Shown: positions 8,810-19,327, numbered from the stretch's first letter. The stretch is 64,000 bases of DNA from Candidatus Heimdallarchaeum aukensis (GCA_021513695.1 CP084166.1:2944001-3008000); one strand, 5' to 3'. Numbers and translations are program-made. Notes: generated from the letters alone by a model not told the origin.

Positions 8810-10699
8810 CTACTTTATTGCATTAACGGGACAAACCATGGCGCAATAACCGCACCCCGTACAAGTGTCCTGTTTGATGATTATTCTTCCATCTTCTTTA
8901 ACTATAGAAGGACAAGCAAAGTCTATTAAACAATTACCGCATCTAGTACAAAGTTCTTGGTCAATAGATAAAGGTTTAACGGGAGTTTTCATATTTCTGA
9001 GTTTATTAACAATACATTCTCCCTTGAAAATTAAAACAGATGGACCTTGATATTCCAAAGCTTCTTTAACTATTTTCACGTTCTCTTTAACGTTTATTGC
9101 TTGGACAGATTTAATCCATTTTACTCCCAATCCCTTAACTACTTCCTCAAGATTGATTGGGTTGAAATCCTTTCTTTTCCAAGTAGTTGAGGAAGGAGAA
9201 GGTTGACCTCCAGTCATGGCTGTCAAAGAGTTATCTAAAATTGCTAAGGTTATGTTGTGGTTGTATTCTACAGCATCAAGAAGAGCAGGCATACCTGCAT
9301 GGAAGAATGTTCCATCACCAATAATAGCAATAACTTTCTTTCCATTGACTTTGGACATGCCTAAAGCTGTTCCTAGTCCTCCCCCCATACATAACCAATA
9401 ATCTCCAACATCTACAGGCTGAACTTGACCAAGAGCATAACAGCCGATATCAGACGGAATAATGAAATCTTCACCAGTAGCCTTCTTAATGGAATAAAAA
9501 GCTCCACGATGAGAGCAACCATCGCACAATCGGGGAAGAGTACGAGGAATTAAAAGCTCTTCACTATCAAAAATCTTCGGAAGAGGAGAAGGATCAGGAA
9601 TCTCATAGAAAACTGAATCATCATTTGGGTCAGCAACTATACGACTAAAAGCTTCCTTTAAGGCATCGGGTCTCAAAGAATTTTCATAAGGAATCTGCAA
9701 CTTCTCTTTACCAAGAACAGTGACATTTAAGTTGTATCTTCCTATAATAGCCAGTATCTCCGTTTCTAAATAAGGTTCAAGCTCTTCAACAAAGTATACG
9801 TATTTGTATTTTTTAACAATTTCAGCAATCTTCTCTTCGTTCAAAGGAAAGATGGCTCCAATTTTCAAAATATCTCCATCAAAGTTGTAGAGTTCAGCCA
9901 TATATTCAACAATAGGATAAATAGCTCCATGGGTGATGATTAATCTCTCAGATGAAGAAGAAGACTCCTTAAGAGAGATAAATTCGTCAAAGAGAGGATC
10001 TTTAACAAGTTCTTTCAAACTCTTATGTAAACCCTTGTGTAATAGATACCTTGCAGGAATTTGATATTTTATCTCCCTAACAAATTCTCCATTCCAGCTA
10101 AGTTTTTCTTCGACAGGCCTATGCTTGACAATTCCAGTGCTTAAAGAAGTAAAATTAGTCATTCGAAGCATACAAAGCATATTGTATTTTTCAGATAAAT
10201 CATAGATCTTAGGAATAAAATCCCTAATTTCCTGAGGAGTGGAGGGCTCAAAAACAGGAATGTGAGCAAATTTGCCCCAGAACCTAGAATCTTGCTCGTT
10301 TTGACTAGACTGACAACCAGGGTCATCAACAGCAACAATAACCATACCTCCTTGAACACCAAAGTAAGCTAAGGCCATCATCGCATCAGAAGCAACATTA
10401 ACTCCAACATGTTTCATAATAACAGCTGAACGAACACCCGATAAAGCTGCAGCGGCAGAAACCTCAAAAGCAACTTTCTCATTAACAGAGTATTCAAAAT
10501 ATAATTGTCCCTTCTCATGAAGCTTAGCCAATCTAACTTGAATTTCAGTACTAGGAGTACCAGGATAAGCAGCAGTAAAACCAACACCAGCTTCAAGTAA
10601 CCCTTGAACAACAGCATGATTTCCCATGAAAAGAGCTTCTTCGGTTTCAGCTATTCCATTATCAATTTTGTTTTTTCTTTTAACAGACATAATAATCAC
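8810..10699 (-). CDS. iorA: Indolepyruvate:ferredoxin oxidoreductase alpha subunit (TPP- and 2x[4Fe-4S]-binding)
   Basis: 629 aa with the TPP-binding region GDGTFFH and two C-terminal ferredoxin motifs, CTRCGNCLIDFACP and CTGCGYCAMVCP. This is the typical IorA architecture. Confidence 0.85.
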   Translation of the reverse strand: MIIMSVKRKNKIDNGIAETEEALFMGNHAVVQGLLEAGVGFTAAYPGTPSTEIQVRLAKLHEKGQLYFEYSVNEKVAFEVSAAAALSGVRSAVIMKHVGVNVASDAMMALAYFGVQGGMVIVAVDDPGCQSSQNEQDSRFWGKFAHIPVFEPSTPQEIRDFIPKIYDLSEKYNMLCMLRMTNFTSLSTGIVKHRPVEEKLSWNGEFVREIKYQIPARYLLHKGLHKSLKELVKDPLFDEFISLKESSSSSERLIITHGAIYPIVEYMAELYNFDGDILKIGAIFPLNEEKIAEIVKKYKYVYFVEELEPYLETEILAIIGRYNLNVTVLGKEKLQIPYENSLRPDALKEAFSRIVADPNDDSVFYEIPDPSPLPKIFDSEELLIPRTLPRLCDGCSHRGAFYSIKKATGEDFIIPSDIGCYALGQVQPVDVGDYWLCMGGGLGTALGMSKVNGKKVIAIIGDGTFFHAGMPALLDAVEYNHNITLAILDNSLTAMTGGQPSPSSTTWKRKDFNPINLEEVVKGLGVKWIKSVQAINVKENVKIVKEALEYQGPSVLIFKGECIVNKLRNMKTPVKPLSIDQELCTRCGNCLIDFACPSIVKEDGRIIIKQDTCTGCGYCAMVCPVNAIK

Positions 10700-10877
10700 G
10701 ATATAGAAGTAATAGATGTATCTCTTGAAAGATGAAAGTATAGTTATTTATAAATTTAATTTAGCTAAAATAAAATATACTATTGTAGATTATTGAAATT
10801 TAATTCAGTCTAATCATCAAAAAATAAAGAATATCGTTTATTTCAATTCCACTATGTCTGATTCTAACGTAATTATC

Positions 10878-11192
10878 TTATTGTGTTTTTAAGAGTTTTA
10901 CCAGAGGTTGAATCAACTTGTCAATTCTATCAAAGGCTTCTTTTATATCTTGTTCATATGCCCAAACGTGTATGTCTCCTAACAGCAGTTCTAAATTTCT
11001 ATCTTTTTCTGTTTTCATTAAGGCAAAACCTAACCAATGTCTAACTAATGCTAAAAACCCATCAATTGAACAATTACCTTTTAAAACTTCATTATATTGT
11101 TTTATTATCAATTGTGCTGCTGCAGTAAGAGTTAGTTCTTCTTTGATTTCCTTTGTGTTAGATTTCATTAAGTATAGATTCCTTATAAACAA
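10878..11192 (-). CDS. Hypothetical 104-aa protein at the trailer end of the CRISPR array
   Basis: Clean ORF with coding-like composition. The antisense + strand ORF 10918-11196 is low-complexity. No recognisable family. Confidence 0.35.
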   Translation of the reverse strand: MFIRNLYLMKSNTKEIKEELTLTAAAQLIIKQYNEVLKGNCSIDGFLALVRHWLGFALMKTEKDRNLELLLGDIHVWAYEQDIKEAFDRIDKLIQPLVKLLKTQ

Positions 11193-11372
11193 ATAAAGGT
11201 TGTTTTTAGTAGTGTTAAAAATGCATTTAGGTGGTTTTTCAGCTCGTCCCTTTACTTTTTACGATGTTTCTAAACTTTTTAAATCTTCAGAAACGGAAAA
11301 AATTGTTAGAAAAAACGTTTCTTACATAATAAAGAAAGAATTTGAATATGTTATTACTAAACAGCTTAATAT

Positions 11373-13865
11373 ATTTCAATCCCACTATGGTCTGATTCTA
11401 ACAAGATTTAACTGATTTTGCTGCGTGTAATATTCCTAGATTTCAATCCCACTATGGTCTGATTCTAACGATTTTAACGAGGGTAACTCTGACGCTGAGC
11501 ATATAAATTTCAATCCCACTATGGTCTGATTCTAACTAAAATAAAATAAAATACAATAAAGGTGATTAATATAATTTCAATCCCACTATGGTCTGATTCT
11601 AACTATGTGGGTAACTTTATTAACTTTAGATGTTAAAAACATTTCAATCCCACTATGGTCTGATTCTAACGCAATCGAACAAACTGACACAAATATTAAC
11701 CTATACATTTCAATCCCACTATGGTCTGATTCTAACACATTTTTGAACCATTTAACAAGTCTAAATTGTTCTATTTCAATCCCACTATGGTCTGATTCTA
11801 ACATTAGTGTTTGGTTTTTTGCTCTATTATTGTCTTTAATTTCAATCCCACTATGGTCTGATTCTAACACAATGATCAAATTTATACCACAACAATTAAT
11901 GCGAAATTTCAATCCCACTATGGTCTGATTCTAACCTACTAATCATGAAGATATAATCTATTCATTTAGTTAATTTCAATCCCACTATGGTCTGATTCTA
12001 ACAAGATAAATGGTCTGAAATCAAAAAACATCATACTTATTTCAATCCCACTATGGTCTGATTCTAACTTAATCATATTCTTATTAATTATGCTTCTGCT
12101 AGTGCATTTCAATCCCACTATGGTCTGATTCTAACAGACTCTTCCCCATTTGTGTGTGAGCAACTAAACAAAATTTCAATCCCACTATGGTCTGATTCTA
12201 ACGATGATCTAAGAGAATTAAACGAATATATCAGCAGAATTTCAATCCCACTATGGTCTGATTCTAACTATGATCCTACGCTTGCTTTGTAATCCTGATG
12301 ATGAATTTCAATCCCACTATGGTCTGATTCTAACTAAGAAAAGAACGCATCAAGCGTTTTCTTGAAGAATAATTTCAATCCCACTATGGTCTGATTCTAA
12401 CTCATCATCAAAATGCCGACGGCTCGACTGAATTTTAATTTCAATCCCACTATGGTCTGATTCTAACTCATTCCTCAACTTGAGAGCGTCAGAATGAGAA
12501 AAAATTTCAATCCCACTATGGTCTGATTCTAACAGGTTATTAATCTGTGAAATAATATTGCTTTCAGTATATTTCAATCCCACTATGGTCTGATTCTAAC
12601 GCAATCGAACAAACTGACACAAATATTAACCTATACATTTCAATCCCACTATGGTCTGATTCTAACACATTTTTGAACCATTTAACAAGTCTAAATTGTT
12701 CTATTTCAATCCCACTATGGTCTGATTCTAACATTAGTGTTTGGTTTTTTGCTCTATTATTGTCTTTAATTTCAATCCCACTATGGTCTGATTCTAACAC
12801 AATGATCAAATTTATACCACAACAATTAATGCGAAATTTCAATCCCACTATGGTCTGATTCTAACGTGATTTTATTAATGATTTTGTTAATAAGCTTAAT
12901 TCATTTCAATCCCACTATGGTCTGATTCTAACTAACTTAACCATGATTGCTGAAGAAGGCGACCCATTAATTTCAATCCCACTATGGTCTGATTCTAACG
13001 GAATATTATTGTTACTGTTAGGTTTTTTGGCTACTTATTTCAATCCCACTATGGTCTGATTCTAACAAATACGAATATTTAGGTAAATGTATTGCTCGAG
13101 CTAATTTCAATCCCACTATGGTCTGATTCTAACAAATACGAATATTTAGGTAAATGTATTGCTCGAGCTAATTTCAATCCCACTATGGTCTGATTCTAAC
13201 TGATCTACACAGTTTATGCTTTGATTGATCGATATTGATTTCAATCCCACTATGGTCTGATTCTAACAGAATTAGCAAATTCAGAAAGAGAGTTAGTTAC
13301 CTGATTTCAATCCCACTATGGTCTGATTCTAACATATGGTCAGAAGTAAACGCAAGATTAGAATTTATTGATTTCAATCCCACTATGGTCTGATTCTAAC
13401 AGCATTTGCCAAAGTAATTAATGCCGAATTCTTGCTTATTTCAATCCCACTATGGTCTGATTCTAACAAAGCAGTACAAATCAAATACAATAATAGATTG
13501 ATAATTTCAATCCCACTATGGTCTGATTCTAACCCAGGAGTTCCTCGCATTCAAAGCATGGAAAGAAAGATTTCAATCCCACTATGGTCTGATTCTAACG
13601 CTCTATTCCATCGCTGAGGCCTAAGCCTAATGCACATTTCAATCCCACTATGGTCTGATTCTAACATTATGGCCTACATAATTTAACAATTAGTATTGTT
13701 AGATTTCAATCCCACTATGGTCTGATTCTAACAATGTCGTAAATGCAGGAATGGAGATTTCTATATTGAATTTCAATCCCACTATGGTCTGATTCTAACC
13801 CATTTACTGAATTCTCTACACATTTAGATCAACTCATTTCAATCCCACTATGGTCTGATTCTAAC
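11373..13865 (-). CRISPR. CRISPR array of 38 identical 30-bp direct repeats and 37 spacers (36-37 bp). Transcription is inferred on the minus strand.
   Basis: The repeat ATTTCAATCCCACTATGGTCTGATTCTAAC occurs at 11373, 11440, 11507, 11574, 11641 and onward to 13836, with a period of 66-67 bp. Its reverse complement GTTAGAATCAGACCATAGTGGGATTGAAAT ends in ATTGAAAT, the usual 3' end giving the 8-nt crRNA 5' handle in type I-B/I-A/III systems. The array sits next to the cas2 3' end. Confidence 0.97.
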
Positions 13866-13964
13866 ACTTCATATTTCCTATATTTTTGATAATAATAAGG
13901 CTTTTCTTTTTATTTACATTCGTGTTCCTCCCATTTGGTGTTTACTTTATAAATATCTACATTC
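13866..13964 (-). promoter_or_regulatory. Putative CRISPR leader (AT-rich, between cas2 stop and the cas-proximal repeat)
   Basis: A 99-bp AT-rich non-coding stretch lies directly adjacent to the last repeat on the cas2 side. Its position matches the inferred minus-strand transcription of the array. Confidence 0.5.
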
Positions 13965-14228
13965 TTATAATATATTTGATTTATTTCCTTTTTGTATTCC
14001 TATTTCTTTTCTTTCTAAATATTTTTCATCTCTTAATGTATATACTAATATACTATCTTCACTTTTTTTTATCATTTTTTCAATATTTTTTATTATTGAG
14101 CGCAATTCTGCTTTTGTTATTTCTCCTTCAAAAACACTATTTTGTATCCATTCCAGATATGTTTTCAGAAACCTTCTTACTTTGTCTATTCTTTCTACTT
14201 TTATATCATATACTATAATAACATACAT
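13965..14228 (-). CDS. cas2: CRISPR-associated endoribonuclease Cas2
   Basis: 87 aa starting MYVIIVYDI...SVFEGEI, a typical Cas2, immediately downstream of cas1. Confidence 0.9.
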   Translation of the reverse strand: MYVIIVYDIKVERIDKVRRFLKTYLEWIQNSVFEGEITKAELRSIIKNIEKMIKKSEDSILVYTLRDEKYLERKEIGIQKGNKSNIL

Positions 14229-14231
14229 GCA

Positions 14232-15218
14232 TTACCACCACGATATAAGTGGTTTGTATTCTAATTCACCCAAAAAGTGTTTACAAAGCTTATATAATTC
14301 AAGCCTTATTAGCCTTTTGTAACTCACATTTCTTTTTAATTCTTTGTGTTTTATTCTTGTTTTTAATTTTTGGTCCCAAAGTTCAATGAATTTTCTTTTT
14401 CCTGTCTCTGATAGCAACAAGTTTCCTATTTTTCCTTCAAAATCTTTATCGTTGAGTATTTTCTTATTTACCAAAGTTAATATTACTCTATCTGATAATA
14501 TGGGTTTAAAAATCTCACTCACATCAAGAGCAAGAGAAAATCTTCTTTCAAAAGGTTCATGTAAATATGAAATTGTAGGATTCAGTTGTGTATTATATAT
14601 TTCTGAGAGTATTGTAGTGTATAGAAGCGAATTACCAAAACTAATTAAAGCGTTCATTCTATTTGTAGGAGGTCTTCTTTCTCTTTTCACAATCTTAAAT
14701 TCTTTAGGAACAATTTGATCAATAGCTAAGTAATATTTATTTCGAATACTGCCTTCCAATCCCATTATCTTCTTAATTTCTAATATTTCTTGAATTTTTT
14801 TTGTTTCTTCTTCTATTTTTGAAATTATGTCACCAATTATTGAATCTTTTCTTCTACTCTTTAGGATTTTAATTATGTTAAAAGCTGAACCTCGAACAAA
14901 TTTTTTAGCTAATTTCAATCTTTTTGGATAAGATAGATAGTGTGCTGCTTGTTTTATAATCATATCTCCGCTAAGCAGTGTTTCTCGGGGATATAATGTA
15001 CTTTTATACCAACCATAATGATCAAAAAAGTGCACTGGAATTCCTTTTTTTCCAAGAAATAATACCACTCCGCCTGATAGAGAAAGATTTCCATATGCGT
15101 AGATTGCATTTATTCTTTCAACAGGTAAAGCTCTTTTCACATCTTTACAATGGAAATACAATGTATTTTCTTTTCTGTATAAAATTCCATTTTTCACAAT
15201 ATAAAATTCTTTTTTCAT
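14232..15218 (-). CDS. cas1: CRISPR-associated integrase Cas1
   Basis: 328 aa. The conserved C-terminal Cas1 region is ...NRMNALISFGNSLLYTTILSEIYNTQLNPTISYLHEP. Confidence 0.9.
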   Translation of the reverse strand: MKKEFYIVKNGILYRKENTLYFHCKDVKRALPVERINAIYAYGNLSLSGGVVLFLGKKGIPVHFFDHYGWYKSTLYPRETLLSGDMIIKQAAHYLSYPKRLKLAKKFVRGSAFNIIKILKSRRKDSIIGDIISKIEEETKKIQEILEIKKIMGLEGSIRNKYYLAIDQIVPKEFKIVKRERRPPTNRMNALISFGNSLLYTTILSEIYNTQLNPTISYLHEPFERRFSLALDVSEIFKPILSDRVILTLVNKKILNDKDFEGKIGNLLLSETGKRKFIELWDQKLKTRIKHKELKRNVSYKRLIRLELYKLCKHFLGELEYKPLISWW

Positions 15219-15749
15219 CTAAACCACATAACAAAAGTCTTTATACGCACACTTTGTGCATTTTGATGTTTTGATTTTTTTTGGAAGCGGTTTTTCAATT
15301 ATTTTTTCAATTTTGTTCAAAATTAGAAGAAGTTCTTTTTTATTTTCTTCAGTTAAAGTGACATTTTTCTTTTTATTTTCCTTTGGGTAGCGAATTTCTC
15401 CTTCTGCTTTTACTCCGTATCGATCTAAAAAGTAAAGATAGTAAAGTAGCTGATAGTAGTCAGCTTCTTCGTTGATACTTGATTTTTTAACTTCATTTAA
15501 TATTAATTTGTTCTTTTTATGCAAAAAATCTACATTTATAGCATCTAAGATTGTAATGTTTTTTTTCTCTCTCCGATATGATTCTTCATGTATTTGCCTT
15601 CCAATCAAAACTTCTTCATTTTCATTTTCCAATTGAATATTCCTTGCATACAACCATAGTTTCCTTTTACAAATAAAATAATAAGATACCATTACTCCAG
15701 TTATTTGTTTTGAATGTCCAAATAAGTTATTCATCACGTTCACTTTCAA
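15219..15749 (-). CDS. cas4: CRISPR-associated RecB-like nuclease Cas4 (Fe-S)
   Basis: 176 aa with one N-terminal Cys and three C-terminal Cys (CTKCAYKDFC). It sits in the adaptation module between cas3 and cas1. Confidence 0.85.
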   Translation of the reverse strand: MKVNVMNNLFGHSKQITGVMVSYYFICKRKLWLYARNIQLENENEEVLIGRQIHEESYRREKKNITILDAINVDFLHKKNKLILNEVKKSSINEEADYYQLLYYLYFLDRYGVKAEGEIRYPKENKKKNVTLTEENKKELLLILNKIEKIIEKPLPKKIKTSKCTKCAYKDFCYVV

Positions 15750-18577
15750 ATTATAAAACTCTGATCAAAAACTTCATTTAGTTTCCTTATATCCAATCCC
15801 TCTTCATAAGAAAACTTGATTAAGTTTAGAAATTCTTTGTTTACTTTAATGTATCCTCCTAATTCCTCAAATTCTCCTGTTCTGACCTTTTCTTTTATTA
15901 AGTGAATTAAAAGACGACTCTTTGAATCTATTTGTACGTATCTATTTGAAAGAGAGACAGTAAACTTGTTTAAATATTTTTGCAATTTCTTTATTTCAAT
16001 ATATCTCTCATTTTTATTTTGATTATTACAAGTAATTTGTAAAAACTTTTTCCAGACTTTTTCTCCACAAATATTAGAATCTTCAACAATCTCATTTTTC
16101 TCTAAAAACTCTTTTTCACTTTCAGGTAGTAGACTCGGGTTAATTTTTAATGATATAGGTAAAAAAATGCTAATAGTGTCACTGTTAATTACTCTGATTT
16201 TTCCTAATTCTTTAAATCTTAAATAGTTCATTGGTTCAATTATTTGCGATATTGTTATTCCATACTCACTTTCTTCTTTCTTTTTATACTCAATGGTATA
16301 CCTGTAGAACTCAGCAAATCTTTTTTCCTTGATAAATTCTTCTAATTCTTCTTTTCTATTTTCTTGGACCTTAAATCTTGTATCTACACCGTATATCATT
16401 TCCGCAGAATCCATATTGTAGACATAGAGTATGCTCTCTTCTTTACTTCTCTTATTTTCTCGATTGATCCTTCCAGCTATTTGTTCGATTGAATCAAGTA
16501 TTGCATATTCTCTAAATCCGAAATCACAATCAATATCTACACCCGCTTCTACTGATTGAGTTGATACCAAAACAACATTCCTTTCATGTGTTTCCTGATT
16601 CATTAATTGAATGATCTCTTTTCGCCTATCTGGAAGAATAGTTGAATTCAATAGGAGTAATTCAAAATTTTTTTTATCTAGATTGTTTTTTAAGTGCTGA
16701 AAGATGTTTATGGAGTTTTGTATTGTATTAGTCACGCAAAGAATTTTTTTCTTCCTTCTTTTACAACAATTTTCATATATTTTCTCTATGAAAAAGTCTA
16801 AAGAAGCAATTTCTTTAATATAGAAATTCAGAGTGTTACGAAGGAATAACTTGCTTTGAAAATACATATCAGAATTTTTTAAAAGAACTGAACATTTGTT
16901 CTTTTGCTCATTATCAAGAAATAGAGATAAATCAGGAAGCGTTGCACTCATTAAAATAAAATACATATTATAATTCTCTGCTAGTTCTCCTATGAGATTA
17001 ATAAAGGCATTCCAAAGATTTACAGGGATTGATTGTACTTCATCCATGATAATAATACTGTTAACAAAATTGTGCAGTTTTATATTAGCTTTTCTGGAAT
17101 TTCTGAAGAAAGTTTCAATAAAGTTAACACTACTAATGATATTGATCTGATTGTTCAGAAACATCTGATTAAGAAGAATTTTAGTCTCTTCGAATTCTTC
17201 CATAGTAAAATCCCATTCTATAAGTGAATAAATCTCTGAAATTGAAATATGTTCATTTTCACTAGAGAGCGTTTCTTTAATGACTTTTGCATTTTGTTCT
17301 ATAATATTAATGAAAGGAAAAACATAGTTGATTCGTTGTAAATTTTTTGTGTGTTGGTTGTTCAGAATGTCTAATGCCAGTTTTATTGACGTATTTGTTT
17401 TTCCGCTCCCTGTTGGTGATCTAAAAAAGAAAATTCGTTTTGCTTTATTTAACTCCTTCTCTAGAATACTACTACATTCAATCAAAATTCTTGTTCGTAG
17501 CTCATTTATATCTTCGATAAAGTTAATGTTTTTCTTTAACAGTTTATCAACTAAAGTTTTATCTTTAATTTGTTGATTAAATATCTTGTTTTTAAAAAAG
17601 TTAGAAACCAAGTTTTTTTTACATTTTTCATCAATTAAATTGAATTCAAGTTCACTTATATCCCAGTTATTTACAAAAGAAGCTGTAGCATAGCTATCAG
17701 CTGAAATTAAGAGAGAAAATATAAGTTTATAAAAATGAAATAGAGTATTTCCATCTTGTAATTTCTCCAAAGTAAATTTTCTTATCTTCGAATTATTGCA
17801 ATATCTTCTGAAAAGACTTAAGTTATCATCTGATATTTCAATTAATGTGCATTTTTTAATAAAGTTTATGTTCCTCTCTTCTAGTAGTTTTTTTTCTCTC
17901 TCCTCTAAATACTCTTCTATATTCTTTAATCTAGAATGATGTCTATTTACACTACTATTTAGAACTAGACTTAAGAAAAACAATTGAAAAGTTAAAAGAA
18001 GAATCTTTTTTTCTTTTTTTTCTCCCTTTTTTTGCTGAATCCCTTTCATAATGTTAAAGATCTCTTGTATGTTAAAATAATCTAAAAATATCTGCCCAAA
18101 CTCACTGTGATTTTTTGAATTACCAAAGAAATTTTCTACCGTTTCCTTTATTTTTTGATCTAATTGTTGAAATGAAAGATTTAATTTTAACACTTTTCTT
18201 TGATAGTTTGGATTTATTTTTCCAAAGTCGTGAAAATAGATTATTCTTGCAATATTTGTTTTTATGAAATCTCCAAATTTGTTTAAAGAAAGAATATCTT
18301 GATCTATATTTAATGCATTATAAATTTTTGTTATCATGTTATTGAAAATATCTTTTAATTTATACTCCTTAATAATTCTTTCAAAAATTTTTAAAGTAAG
18401 TTCAGAGTGTTGAGATAAACTTTCTACTTCGCCTGTTGGAGACATGTGGGCTTTTATTGAACTTTCAACTAATTTAGAAAACTCTTCTACAAGGAATTTA
18501 TCATAACTATATTCACCTAAAATATTAGAACAGGAAAATTGTTTCTCCATTTTCATCACTAACAAGAATATATTCAT
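15746..18577 (-). CDS. cas3: Cas3 HD nuclease-helicase fusion
   Basis: N-terminal HD region (HSELT...FHDFGK). SF2 helicase motifs follow: FFRSPTGSGKT (Walker A) and IIMDEVQS (DExx box). The true start is probably an internal Met near 18550-18556, because the annotated start overlaps cas5 by 53 nt. Confidence 0.88.
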   Translation of the reverse strand: MNIFLLVMKMEKQFSCSNILGEYSYDKFLVEEFSKLVESSIKAHMSPTGEVESLSQHSELTLKIFERIIKEYKLKDIFNNMITKIYNALNIDQDILSLNKFGDFIKTNIARIIYFHDFGKINPNYQRKVLKLNLSFQQLDQKIKETVENFFGNSKNHSEFGQIFLDYFNIQEIFNIMKGIQQKKGEKKEKKILLLTFQLFFLSLVLNSSVNRHHSRLKNIEEYLEEREKKLLEERNINFIKKCTLIEISDDNLSLFRRYCNNSKIRKFTLEKLQDGNTLFHFYKLIFSLLISADSYATASFVNNWDISELEFNLIDEKCKKNLVSNFFKNKIFNQQIKDKTLVDKLLKKNINFIEDINELRTRILIECSSILEKELNKAKRIFFFRSPTGSGKTNTSIKLALDILNNQHTKNLQRINYVFPFINIIEQNAKVIKETLSSENEHISISEIYSLIEWDFTMEEFEETKILLNQMFLNNQINIISSVNFIETFFRNSRKANIKLHNFVNSIIIMDEVQSIPVNLWNAFINLIGELAENYNMYFILMSATLPDLSLFLDNEQKNKCSVLLKNSDMYFQSKLFLRNTLNFYIKEIASLDFFIEKIYENCCKRRKKKILCVTNTIQNSINIFQHLKNNLDKKNFELLLLNSTILPDRRKEIIQLMNQETHERNVVLVSTQSVEAGVDIDCDFGFREYAILDSIEQIAGRINRENKRSKEESILYVYNMDSAEMIYGVDTRFKVQENRKEELEEFIKEKRFAEFYRYTIEYKKKEESEYGITISQIIEPMNYLRFKELGKIRVINSDTISIFLPISLKINPSLLPESEKEFLEKNEIVEDSNICGEKVWKKFLQITCNNQNKNERYIEIKKLQKYLNKFTVSLSNRYVQIDSKSRLLIHLIKEKVRTGEFEELGGYIKVNKEFLNLIKFSYEEGLDIRKLNEVFDQSFII

Positions 18578-19319
18578 GAGTTATTGTTTCTTTCACCAAA
18601 AATTCAGAATTTGAAAAAACAACAGTTTTAAAAACATATTGATTTTCTCTGAAACCAATTGGATAATTTTGATAAAAGAAAAAGTCTATATCTGCATTTA
18701 CAATAAGATCTGTTTCATCTTTTGCTACAATATCATTAAAAACAATTGTTTTAAACCTTGTTTCTGTTTCACTAGTGATTTCTTTGTATTCATATTCTCC
18801 TTCATAAATAATACTTAATGGAAATTCGTTTTTCCCCATATAAGGCATGAAATGAGCTCGATTTTCTTGTAAATTTTTCTTTAGTTGAGCAAAAATGTTA
18901 TCTTGAGCAGTTCCTTTTTCTAAATAAATTCGATAAGCAGGCTTAATGAGAATTTGTTCATTTACAATTAAATTTCCTCCCGTTTCATAGCTTCCATAGC
19001 CATGAAAGTTAATAAATTGAATGAACTCTTTTCTTAAAGGCGAATAACTATTTTCAAAATCAGAGTCTTTATATGGTGCTTTAGAGCCTTTTTTAAGCTT
19101 TAAAGGTGTTATTCCAATTCTAATGCCAGAAAGTTTATCAATAAATTCAGGATTTTGCTTTTTTTCTCGATAACCTTCAAGACCTATCAGTGCTCCAAGA
19201 ATTCCAAGTACTGATGGTTTTGGAATAATATCATAGGTCAACTTTGTTTCAGTAATGTCAGGTTTACTAAAAGTTCCAAAGTCAGAAAAAATAATGAAGG
19301 ATAAAAGATTTCTCTTCAT
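18525..19319 (-). CDS. cas5: Cas5 (type I-B)
   Basis: Glycine-rich N-terminal segment PSVLGILGALIGLEG, characteristic of Cas5. Located between cas7 and cas3. Confidence 0.8.
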   Translation of the reverse strand: MKRNLLSFIIFSDFGTFSKPDITETKLTYDIIPKPSVLGILGALIGLEGYREKKQNPEFIDKLSGIRIGITPLKLKKGSKAPYKDSDFENSYSPLRKEFIQFINFHGYGSYETGGNLIVNEQILIKPAYRIYLEKGTAQDNIFAQLKKNLQENRAHFMPYMGKNEFPLSIIYEGEYEYKEITSETETRFKTIVFNDIVAKDETDLIVNADIDFFFYQNYPIGFRENQYVFKTVVFSNSEFLVKETITHEYILVSDENGETIFLF

Positions 19320-19327
19320 ATCCTCAC

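Noticed and set aside
10918-11196. 92-aa + ORF opposite the 10878-11192 minus ORF
   Set aside because: Its composition is serine/cysteine-rich and low complexity. The minus-strand ORF is more protein-like. Neither could be assigned a function, so confidence in either is low.
11200-11415. 71-aa + strand ORF running into the first CRISPR repeat
   Set aside because: It terminates inside the first repeat and has no recognisable features. It is more likely non-coding trailer-side flank.
11586-13617. Track ORFs inside the CRISPR array (11586-11918, 11605-11928, 12350-12583, 12564-12848, 12673-12858, 13432-13617), encoding peptides such as LESDHSGIE or ISIPLWSDSN in repetition
   Set aside because: They are translations of the 30-bp direct repeat in different frames. 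The periodic identical peptide motifs and identical duplicate proteins are artefacts of the array, not genes.
13886-14218. + strand 110-aa ORF rich in F/L/I, overlapping cas2 and the leader
   Set aside because: It is low-complexity antisense translation of the AT-rich cas2 and leader sequence. cas2 on the minus strand has clear homology.
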